20,215 nt of DNA from Octopus sinensis (taxonomy: Eukaryota): positions 1 to 20,215 of the forward strand of contig NW_021824317.1 in assembly GCF_006345805.1 (NCBI RefSeq), read 5' to 3'. Below the pieces are notes generated by a model. The model was not told the origin of the DNA. It did not search any database and worked only from the letters and a program-made list of their open reading frames with translations. The translations under genes were made by a program, and so were the position numbers. Positions 1-9,695 of this stretch are shown here, one piece after another (the stretch's first letter is position 1; each line of letters starts with the position of its first letter).

Positions 1-380
1 TCCATATTAATATTTATATTCCAACAAAGAAATTCTGCTTTATTAATTCGGTCCATGAATTCCTGTGGAGTCAGCATTTGTTCGGTGCTGAGACAAATGC
101 TTGAAACACACCTCAAGTGAGAGCTTTTCTACCAACGCTCCCTTCTTTTTTATAATCCTTTTATTCCCATCGTCGACCCCGTTCATAGAAAGGCTTGAAC
201 CACTCACTGCTTCTTAATAAAGCCCTTAATTAAACGCCCTGATCTAAGTAAGTGAAGTGGCAGCATTAGTATAGTGTCTTACGGATTGTAGTTCGTAATT
301 GAAACATCATCATCTACGATATGCTTTCAAATCTGAAGAAGGGTCAGCTTTTATTTAAGCCTTCCGCGGGCATATAGAAT

Positions 381-585
381 TAAATTTTAGCACATGACCA
401 GCAATTTGGGGAGAGGGGAGAAAGTCGATTCCATCGACCCCTGTACTCAATTGGCACTTATTTTATCTACTGCCGAAAGGAACCAAAGTAACATCGACCT
501 TGGCTACATTTGAACTCAGAATGTAAAAGCGGGCGAAATGCCGCAAAGTATTTCGCCAGGCGTACTAACGATTCCACCACCTCGT
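381..585 (-). mobile_element. tRNA-derived SINE, family A (diverged, near full length)
   Basis: Reverse complement aligns along its length with the plus-strand copy at 1939-2147: GAATCGTTAG head, TTCTGAGTTCAAAT B-box region, GGGGTCGAT motif and TGTGCTAAAATTT 3' end. Confidence 0.8.
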
Positions 586-996
586 GGTTCTCTAAAATTA
601 AATATTAGCCACTTGCAAGCAACGATATAGTCGACCATACCCAACTCTGCTACGGAGTAGTAGCATATATCAGGGTCCCTGCTATTGGTTAAATAGTATG
701 TAACCACCCAAGCCAGTGTACGTTGAAATTATGGGATGCAGCATGATGGATATGAAATATTTTGAAAAGTTAATTAATTGAGTCAATGGAGAATATCACT
801 GACAAGTCAACGGACATGATCAACCAGTGCAGTGAGTGAAATACTGCTATCATCTATTATCGTGGCGTGTCTAGATGAGATATCTCAGCAAGCGAAACAC
901 CAATGTGACAAAAACTCAAGCCAGATGTTCATACCGTATCGCTCGATCAGGATATCCGGCATAGAAGAGCTACGTCGGTCCGAACATTTATCCGAC

Positions 997-998
<2 letters not shown>

Positions 999-1051
<53 letters not shown>

Positions 1052-1088
1052 CGACGATGACGACGACGACGACGATGATGATGATGAT
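999..1088. repeat. (ATG)n microsatellite with internal (ACG)n patch
   Basis: Seen directly; it produces the poly-Met/Thr ORF 832-1107. Confidence 0.95.
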
Positions 1089-1146
1089 ACTTAACGACCA
1101 AATCTGAGGACTTATGGCTTTGTTTAAAGAAAAGTTGTATATATCT

Positions 1147-1385
1147 ATGTGTATGTGTCTTTATAGTTGTGTTTGTCTTCTACCAACGCCTGACAACCGG
1201 TGTTAGTGTGTTTATGTCCCCGTAACTTAACGGCTCGTCGGCAAAAAGTTACTGATAGAATAAGCTCAAGGCTTTAAAAAAAAATTAAGTCTCGGGTTGA
1301 TTTGTTAGACTAAAGATCCTTCGATGCGATGTCCCTGCTTGGCCTGGGCCAAATGACTGGAACAAGTGACAGATAAAAGACAGAC
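1147..1385 (+). mobile_element. SINE family B, 3' half (decayed)
   Basis: Matches 9890-10108 of the full copy: TGACAACC-G-TG, GTCCCCGTAACTTA-CGG, GATAGAATAAG, AAATGACTG-AACAAG. Confidence 0.75.
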
Positions 1386-1557
1386 AATATTTCCGGCATT
1401 ATTCACTTCTGGTGAGAACCATTTTGTTGAATGGTACCTTTTGACAGCAAGATAAGTTACATGTCACCGATAGATGAGCTAGTGGTTATAGATGATTGAC
1501 TTTTTAATTAAGTAGCCCAATCACGTATCAATTTGATTATTTGCAATTACCATATAT

Positions 1558-1810
1558 TTTTTGCGCCCTTTTAAAGCCTCGCCAGGCTCATGGGCCCGGT
1601 TTCCCGGTTTCTATAGCGTATGTGTTCCCCAGATGGACGGGACACCACTCCATCGCAGCATTACTCATTTTTACCATCCGAGTGGACTGGAGCAACGTGA
1701 AATGAAGTGTTTTGCTCAAGAACACAACGCGTCGCCCGGCCCTGGAATCGAAACCACAATCTTACGATCATGATGCTGACACCCTAACCACTAAGCCACG
1801 CGCCTCCACG
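1558..1810 (-). mobile_element. tRNA-derived SINE, family C, with probable 12-bp TSD
   Basis: Minus strand reads GGAGGCGCGTGGCTTAGTGGTTAGG (A box) and GGTTTCGATTCC (B box). The central TTGTGTTCTTGAGCAAAACACTT...CTCCAGTCCACTC segment resembles, from memory, the MetaSINE-type core. Short A tail. Flanks are ATTACCATATAT (1546-1557) and ATTACCGTATAT (1811-1822). Confidence 0.85.
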
Positions 1811-1938
1811 ATTACCGTATATGCCGGTGTACATATGCCAATTGGGTATATAAAACGAATCCAGGATATCCTTTTGAAATGTAGGCTTTCAGCTCTTCTC
1901 GTTGTATAAGACGATCTCACAATGTTTCACCCGTGAAA

Positions 1939-2153
1939 GGCAGCGAGCTGGTAGAACCGTTAGCACACCGGACAAAATTATTAGCGGCATTTCGTCTGTC
2001 TCTACGTTCTGAGTTCAAATTCCGCCGAGGTTGACTTTACCTTTCATCTTTCGGGGTCGATAAAATAAGTACCAGTTGAACACGGGGGTCGACGTTATCA
2101 ACTTAACCCATCCTCCGACATCGCTGGCCTTGTGCTAAAATTTGAAAGCAATA
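1939..2153 (+). mobile_element. tRNA-derived SINE, family A, full length with 12-bp TSD
   Basis: GGCAGCGAGCTGGTAGAA A-box-like head and GAGTTCAAATTCC B box; perfect direct repeat TTTCACCCGTGA at 1925-1936 and 2154-2165. Confidence 0.9.
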
Positions 2154-2483
2154 TTTCACCCGTGACTCAGTGGTTGGAAGGTGCACGAGGCAGATGGAAC
2201 GCCTCTATAATCATTGCAACATCGTCCGTTGTCGCCAAGTTTTTTCGTTTTGTTTGTTTTTACCAGAAGCATTTTTTAATAAACGTTGATAAAGTACATC
2301 CCGTTTCATTTTTGTTATTATTTCTTCTCGCTTGTAAAGTTGATCTCGATTCAAAATACCGTCGTGAAGCTTTCTTCTTTTAGTCTCCATGATTGTTTTT
2401 AACCTAATATTTGCACGCTACTTTTGTAGCTTTAGCTGCTTCGAGATCTATATGTGTATCCTTGTGTGTGTGTGTGTGCGTGT

Positions 2484-2530
2484 GTGGTTCCAGTATGGCC
2501 GCAGTCAAATGACTGAAACAAATAAAAGAA
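2484..2530 (+). mobile_element. SINE family B, 3' tail only
   Basis: TCCAGTATGGCCGCAGTCAAATGACTGAAACAAATAAAAGA matches the tail at 10059-10100. Confidence 0.75.
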
Positions 2531-2545
2531 GACACACACACACAC

Positions 2546-2595
<50 letters not shown>

Positions 2596-2685
2596 GGTGC
2601 GGTGAATATATGTGTCTATGTGCGTGTGTATGTATACACGCACATGCACTCACGTGCACACACACATGCACGCACACACATACAC

Positions 2686-2744
<59 letters not shown>
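2531..2744. repeat. compound (CA)n/(TA)n/(TG)n microsatellite
   Basis: Seen directly. Confidence 0.95.
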
Positions 2745-2748
<4 letters not shown>

Positions 2749-2759
2749 TTAGCCAGTTT

Positions 2760-2900
2760 TGCAAAATGACTACAAATATTAGTTCAGAAATATGGTTTAT
2801 GACCAAAAGACAAGCAAGAGACGCGACTAAGTTTGACAAATTAGAAATATAAAGATGTCTACGCGAATACTGGAATACATACGTAGAGAGACTGCCAGAA
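2760..2900 (+). pseudogene. possible decayed RTE-clade LINE fragment (region C-terminal to the RT core)
   Basis: Frame reads [11 protein letters not shown]...DKLEI*RCLREYW, similar to the recalled RTE motif GSETWTLTK...E.RCLRRI...W. Contains a stop; similarity judged by eye only. Confidence 0.3.
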
Positions 2901-3109
2901 GGAGAGGAAATAAGATATTAGTGATACGATGATAAATGGATTATTGAATAAAGATATTAATAGCTATAGTAAACAGTCAAACAAATGTATGTTTAATTCT
3001 TTTTTGGAACATTGTGCCTCGAACAATGTAAAGCTATAAATAATAGCGTAAGAGAGAAAAGAGTAATTTCACATGATATCGCAGTTCATAAATGCTTATA
3101 ACGTCAAGA

Positions 3110-3110
<1 letters not shown>

Positions 3111-3140
<30 letters not shown>

Positions 3141-3168
3141 TGTATGTATGTATGTATGTATGTATGTA
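3111..3168. repeat. (TATG)n microsatellite
   Basis: Seen directly. Confidence 0.95.
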
Positions 3169-3395
3169 CGTATGCTTGTATGATGATGAATAATGTACAC
3201 CGGTGTTCACGCGTGCGCAAGTCTGTGCGCACGCGTGAATGCGCCCACACAGGTGCATGCACGCGTAATGCACATCCATGCATTATGCGTGCATATGCAG
3301 GTACACACCCGCATCACGAACGGGAACGTGAAACTCTGAGTAACAGCTTTTGTGATATTTCTGCTGCTTTTAAATAAAGTATATACATATATTTC

Positions 3396-3427
<32 letters not shown>

Positions 3428-3444
3428 TGTGCGTGTGTGTGTGT
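3396..3444. repeat. (TG)n microsatellite
   Basis: Seen directly. Confidence 0.95.
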
Positions 3445-3842
3445 ATATACACACATTTATGTCAGTTAAAGGAATATATGTATTATCGAAATAATTTGTA
3501 TCCAAAATTATGTCTGTCTAAGCGTGTGATGCTGTCTATGTGTAAGTAAAAATGTATATGTGTATGTATGTAGGTGTCTGTATGACTGTACATATGATTG
3601 TATGTTTATGTATGTATGTATGCATGTATGGATATGTATTTCTGATCCCTAACTTTTCTTCTCCCTCCTTTTTGTACTACATGGTTTGCTCTTCACTCTT
3701 CCCCTGTCCTATCTATACGCCTCCTGATTACTACTTAAATATATATATATAAACGCTTCATCCAAACGTAAATCTTGTAATTCCTATTGGCATGTGAAAC
3801 ATGTGCAATGGGGAATAAATAATATCAAAAGCCATTTTCCAG

Positions 3843-3846
<4 letters not shown>

Positions 3847-3910
<64 letters not shown>
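3847..3910. repeat. (TA)n microsatellite at the Helitron 5' end
   Basis: Seen directly. Confidence 0.95.
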
Positions 3911-3912
<2 letters not shown>

Positions 3913-4130
3913 ATGAGAATGTGTGTCTGTCTGTCTGTGTGTCTATCTGTCTGTGTGAATCCCTAAAACTCGAGAACTACACAACCGACTTCATTCAAAT
4001 TTTATACATGCCCTACTTTTCAAATTCTTGCCTAATGCGAGCCAAGAGTAATTTCTAGTTTCTTACACTATTTCAGTGTTATGTCTCTATTGTAATGTGA
4101 GAAAATACTTTCAGCTTGAAAGAAATATGT

Positions 4131-4173
<43 letters not shown>

Positions 4174-4781
4174 TTTATACATTCCAAAACCGAGTTACCG
4201 ATTTTGACGTATGTGGTATCAAAAGATTCAGTACTATTTAGGCTACAAACTAAGCATAATTTTCGTTCGCATATTGCATTTCAAAACTGTAACATTATAA
4301 TCTTTTTCCATAAATCAACTATCGTAAACATTTTATACGACGACGACGACGATGACGTCACATTTTCTGTATGTGTGTGTACTTAAAAGACATCAATCAT
4401 CACGACACACACCTCACTCGCTCACTCTATCTCTCTCTCTTTCTCCATCGCACACACGCGCACGCACGCACACACACACACACACACACACACGTCCATT
4501 TCATATACACGTACATACATCTTTCATTTTCTCATCTCCTTCACTTTCTGCTCTCTCTCCCCATTTTGCTTTCTCTCTTTCAATTTTCCATGACGGGTTA
4601 GGGCCTAAAATACTCCAACAAACGCATAGCATGTTGCTTAGTTGAATTAGCCCAGCATTTACTCCACAAATGTTTTGTGTCAAGGCTGCACTCTCCTATA
4701 TCACCTGTTTCAACATAACTGTAATATATTATATACAAACTATGCTATTTTAATCCCGAACAACGCCGGGTATCTCTGCTA

Positions 4782-4782
<1 letters not shown>
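3900..4782 (+). mobile_element. non-autonomous Helitron
   Basis: 3' end has the GC-rich hairpin CCCGAACAACGCCGGG (4755-4770), then CTAG (4779-4782) followed by T. 5' region has TATATAAGATG, a (TGTC)n tract and AACTAC..AACCGA.TT, the layout of Lep1-type non-autonomous Helitrons. The 5' TC terminus is hidden in the TA array. No Rep/Helicase ORF. Confidence 0.75.
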
Positions 4783-4810
<28 letters not shown>

Positions 4811-4815
<5 letters not shown>

Positions 4816-5059
4816 TACATTTAAACACATAAGCAATCTACTCGTGGAATTCAACACGCTAGAAAGAATAGCTAGATTCTATAACCACAAAAATTAAGGA
4901 TAAATGAAAGAATATAACAGAAAACATTGATGGTACATTATGTTTTCATTTCGTTCCTGTCAAATTTTATCCCTAATTTTTGTGGTTATAGAACCTAGCT
5001 GTTCTTTCTAGCGTGTTGAATTCCACAAGTGGATTCCTTGTGTGTTTAAATGTACACTA
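4811..5059. mobile_element. fold-back MITE (~249 bp, ~94-bp terminal inverted repeats, TA-flanked)
   Basis: Arms 4811-4904 and 4966-5059 are reverse complements with 7 mismatches; TA on both sides; no ORF. Confidence 0.85.
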
Positions 5060-5163
5060 TATATTATGACTAATTCATAGTCTTTTGGGACTAAATTTTT
5101 ACACGTTAGGCCACTGGAGGTGAAAATTTTAATTAATTTTCCATTTCCCTTTGATATGTTTAA

Positions 5164-5225
<62 letters not shown>

Positions 5226-5226
<1 letters not shown>

Positions 5227-5522
5227 TCTTTATACATTCCAAAACCGAGTTACCGATTTTGACGTATGTGGTATCAAAAGATTCAGTACTATTTAGGCTA
5301 CAAACTAAGCATAATTTTCGTTCGCATATTTGCATTTCAAAACTGTAACATTATAATCTTTTTCCATAAATCAACTATCGTAAACATTTTATACGACGAC
5401 GACGACGATGACGTCACATTTTCTGTATGTGTGTGTACCTTAAAAGACATCAATCATCACGACACACACCCTCACTCGCTCACTCTATCTCTCTCTCTTT
5501 CTCCATCGCACACACGCGCACG

Positions 5523-5553
<31 letters not shown>

Positions 5554-5844
5554 GTCCATTTCATATACACGTACATACATCTTTCATTTTCTCATCTCCT
5601 TCACTTTCTGCTCTCTCTCCCCATTTTGCTTTCTCTTCTTTCAATTTTCCATGACGGGTTAGGGCCTAAAATACTCCAAACAAACGCATAGCATGTTGCT
5701 TAGTTGAATTAGCCCAGCATTTACTCCACAAATGTTTTGTTGTCAAGGCTGCACTCTCCTATATCACCTGTTTCAACATAACTGTAATATATTATATACA
5801 AACTATGCTATTTTAATCCCGAACAACGCCGGGTATCTCTGCTA

Positions 5845-5845
<1 letters not shown>
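5226..5845 (+). mobile_element. duplicated 3' part of the Helitron
   Basis: Second hairpin CCCGAACAACGCCGGG (5818-5833) and CTAG (5842-5845); lacks the 5' segment 3900-4130. Confidence 0.75.
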
Positions 5846-5875
<30 letters not shown>

Positions 5876-5880
<5 letters not shown>

Positions 5881-6123
5881 TACATTTAAACACATAAGCA
5901 ATCTACTCGTGGAATTCAACACGCTAGAAAGAATAGCTAGATTCTATAACCACAAAAATTAAGGATAAATGAAAGAATATAACAGAAAACATTGATGGTA
6001 CATTATGTTTTCATTTCGTCCTGTCAAATTTTATCCCTAATTTTTGTGGTTATAGAACCTAGCTGTTCTTTCTAGCGTGTTGAATTCCACAAGTGGATTC
6101 CTTGTGTGTTTAAATGTACACTA
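5876..6123. mobile_element. second copy of the fold-back MITE
   Basis: Same as 4811-5059 apart from a 1-nt deletion in the spacer. Confidence 0.85.
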
Positions 6124-6228
6124 TATATTATGACTAATTCATAGTCTTTTGGGACTAAATTTTTACACGTTAGGCCACTGGAGGTGAAAATTTTAATTAA
6201 TTTTCCATTTCCCTTTGATATGTTTAAG

Positions 6229-6291
<63 letters not shown>

Positions 6292-6674
6292 CGTATAAGT
6301 GTATGCATACGTAATCATATATATGTATACACACACACACACTCGGCAGTGATCCCAAATATTAAAAAAATTGAAATGTGATCACGCTGCAGCGCCTCGA
6401 AAACCCACACCAGTTTTCCCACCGCGAACCCACCAAAACTGGGCTTCTCCACTCTTCCACCAAATTTTCTAGATTTTGGCAATCTTTCCCATCTGCAAGT
6501 CCCCCGCAAGAGTTCTTCTTGAAATAAAGAAATAAGTTGCTTATTTCTCTATTTCAGAACTAAGATGGTAGACAACGATAAAAATGATCTACTAGTATAC
6601 TTTGCCGTGCGTATTTCTCAGCCAGAGGCAATGCAAACTAGTGTTGGCACTTCTTTAGTATAGTATCTTATATT

Positions 6675-7115
6675 TTTTTCGCTTACTTGTTTCAGACATT
6701 GGACTTTGGTCAAGCTTGGGTACTGCCTTGGAGAATGGTAGAAAAAAAGTTTCCCATTTATTTTAAGTCTTGCACTTATTTTATTGGTCTCTTTTGCTGA
6801 AGCGCTAGTGTACAGGTGCATAAACAAACCGACACCGGTTGTCAAGTAGCAGTGGGGGAGACAAACACAAGGACACGTACTCGAGCGCTCACACACACAC
6901 ACACATACTTGTGTATATATGTACATATATGTATGTGTATGTATGTATGTATGTATGGATGGATGGATGGATGGATGGATGGATGGATGGATGGACGACG
7001 GGATTCCATACAGTTTCTATCTACTAAATATTTTCACAGGGCGTTTCGCAGTTGGACTGAACCCGAAACCATAATGTTGCAAAGCTAGCTTCTTAACCAC
7101 ATGGCCGCGCCTGCG
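6675..7115 (-). mobile_element. SINE family B, diverged, with internal deletion and expanded (TATG)n/(GGAT)n
   Basis: Minus strand reads GCGCAGGCGCGGCCATGTGGTTAAG...GGTTCAGTCC as the head; body and tail match 9696-10108. Confidence 0.8.
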
Positions 7116-8716
7116 CAGTAGCAGGGAAATTATTAAGGCCAACTTCTGAGAGAAGTTTATGCTATTCCTTGCTGCCAAGAGGACGGACATGTTGATGACT
7201 GTGTTCATTGATATATGACCCAATTAAAGCCAGTGCTAGAGAAATATTTTATATTATTTTATAAACTTTTTATAAAAGAAATTTTTATATAAAACTATTT
7301 CATCTTTTTGTTTTATTCTTTATTTTTATTTTGTATATCTTATTAAATCTTTATATATCTTTATACCCCCCCCTATATATTTGTGTAGCTTCTACAGATT
7401 GTAGAGGAGTTTATAATTTCTTTACATAAAACTCACCGTATAATATAATACAATGTTGTATTTTTATTTGTACCTATAATTACTCATTATGTTTTATAAA
7501 TTTGTGTGTGTGCGTGTGTGATATTCTTATACTTTTTTCCTCGTGCTTGTAATTTGTAAATAATTTTTTCCAAAGCCTTCTCACCTTTCTTTTATATATT
7601 AAGGTATCCCATTATTAGGCTTCAATTTTAATTTCTATCCTTTTCCTATATATTGGTTTAAAACAATTTCTGTATTTAATATACTAAATTTGCTAAGTTA
7701 TGAATTACTCTATCCCGTAACCCTCAATTCTAATCCCCCACCCATAGCGCTCATATTACTTATCTTTTTTGTTTATTTGTTTTTTATTTCATTATATTCC
7801 CCTTTATTTGATAATCTAAATAAGTATTGGCCACGCCCATCCTTCCCTCTTCTCGTTATCACCTCTTCTCCATCAACCATTCTCTTACTAACAGCTCTGA
7901 GGCATAACGTTTTATGTAGATAAAGCTCGATGTATGGTTCCAGTAAAATATGGGTCTGGGAGATTGTATGATATTAATTGATTTATCAACATCAACTAGA
8001 AATACAGTTGACAACTCCCAATGGACTTAATTCTGAATGATTGTAGACTACATGCTGCATAAAACCTTCTAAATATAAATAACTATCTCACCACTCCTAT
8101 ATCTTGATCACCGCTGTTTTCCTCTGCTACTCGCTAAATTACAGTAGGCTTAATAAGATATGCATTTTTTTTTCTAAACTTATTCTGCCTCAAAAATAAC
8201 ATAAGGAAACAATGTAATTATTTTGGTTTCTGGTTTTAATATAAATTCGTTAAAAATGGTTTATCTTTTATGTTGGGAATCTAAATGGTCGTCTGCAGTG
8301 AGGAGAGCGGTTTCTTTCAAATTGACGTAATGTTTTCGTTTATCGATTAAATGGAGCCGCTGGAAACGGTCGTAATGTATTGATACCTAAACATCCTTGT
8401 TACTTATTTACATTCTGTTCACTTAACTTGGAGCTGTTCGGTTTATACCGAACTGACTTTGTGCCCCAATTTAAGTACCTAAATCAACTGAATCTTAATT
8501 ATATATATATATTCAGATATGTATATACATATATTCAGATATGTATGCATGCATGTGTATATGTATGTGTATGTATATAAAATATATATATACACACACA
8601 CATAGTGCACAGACACGTATGCAGATGTGTATAAACGTTACCCATGTAGAAAAGAGTAGATTTTAGAAATAGCAAATTTCAAATGTGTATGTATGAGTGT
8701 TTATGAATGCGTGAAT

Positions 8717-8764
8717 GTCTCTCTCTCCATCTCTCTCTCTCTCTCTATTCTCTCTCTTCTCTCT

Positions 8765-8799
<35 letters not shown>

Positions 8800-9010
8800 A
8801 CTCTGATTGTTTGTGAGTGCATGTGCGCGCACTTCATAATAAACGACTTTGATACATGTCTTCTGAGATGAAATAAATGATAAGAGATTCCATTAGGCAT
8901 TTCTTGTTTTCTCTCTGTCTCAGTCTTTGTCTCTCTCTCTCTCTCTCCTTCTCTTTCTCTCTATCTCACACTCTCTCTCTCTCTCTTCTCATCCCTCCCT
9001 CTCTTTGCCT
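8717..9010. repeat. two (CT)n polypyrimidine tracts (about 8717-8798 and 8910-9010)
   Basis: Seen directly. Confidence 0.9.
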
Positions 9011-9048
9011 CTCTCCTATGAATCTCTTTATTTTATTCTAAACTTCAG

Positions 9049-9146
9049 ATCTTTTGGAAATTGGTTTTTTGATGAGAAAACATTGTACCTAATCCTTTGC
9101 TTCTGCAATAAAACATCACGGCGATACCCTCCACCTTGCATTTACA
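9049..9146 (+). CDS. candidate exon (98 nt), unknown protein
   Basis: Acceptor TTTATTCTAAACTTCAG after a long pyrimidine tract; donor ACA/GTAAAT; one open frame SFGNWFFDEKTLYLILCFCNKTSRRYPPPCIY. No homology recognised. Confidence 0.2.
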
Positions 9147-9695
9147 GTAAATAACTCTAAATAGAGAAGAGAAAATATTCAATCTAAATAGAGAATATAA
9201 AGTCAAATATAGATCTGTGGAAACATTCCATTCTAAGGGATCTTGGCTGGGGTTTTTTTGTTTTTTTTTTTTTCCAAAGTTTTATCAGTTTCTTAAGATG
9301 GTTACTTTATGTTAATTTTGGGTAATCTATGCAGAGACAAAAAAACTAAAATGGTTAAAATTCTGTTCTGACAGCCATGTTTCTCTAAATGAAACCTACG
9401 TTTTGTTGGAAGGCAAGTGGATGTTGTTTTATTATGGGCGTGTTAATCATTATTCTTCGTTTGGCTGTTCACAATATTAGGTGAGCCGTGTGTGACAACA
9501 ATAATGACCACTAGAATATTTATTTCAGTTTTCATATATTTTTAGTAACCCACATCGCTTATATTTACGTGTGTACATATAAATAATTCAATGTATCAAT
9601 GTTCATGAAGCAGCAGTTTTCAGTAATTCTGCATACTCGATATTCTGAAAATAGTAACTGAAGACAATATTATGAAATAGTTCGTAATAATTGAA

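Larger units (their letters stand above)
4171..6228. repeat. tandem duplication of a ~1.06-kb unit (4171-5163 and 5226-6228) bounded by (TA)n arrays
   Basis: Base-by-base reading shows near identity; offset 1055 bp at the start and 1063 bp at the CTAG. TA arrays lie at 4133-4170, 5164-5225 and 6229-6287. Confidence 0.97.

Noticed and set aside
832-1107. 91-aa ORF with poly-Met/Thr
   Set aside because: Driven by the (ATG)n microsatellite; the unique part has no recognisable motif or splice support.
2389-3752. Many overlapping ORFs rich in HT/YI/CV/MY dipeptides (also near 12133-12622, 16764-17083 and 17322-17645)
   Set aside because: Translations of di- and tetranucleotide microsatellites that lack stop codons in some frames.
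4171-6228. Rolling-circle head-to-tail Helitron concatemer as the cause of the duplication
   Set aside because: The repeated unit lacks the Helitron 5' end and includes the MITE and about 100 bp beyond the CTAG; breakpoints lie in TA arrays, not at Helitron termini.
7240-7930. Very AT-rich block that could be a Penelope/GIY-YIG relic on the minus strand
   Set aside because: Only faint motif resemblance (NS*LSKF), many stops, no convincing GIY-YIG or RT motif; it needs an HMM search.
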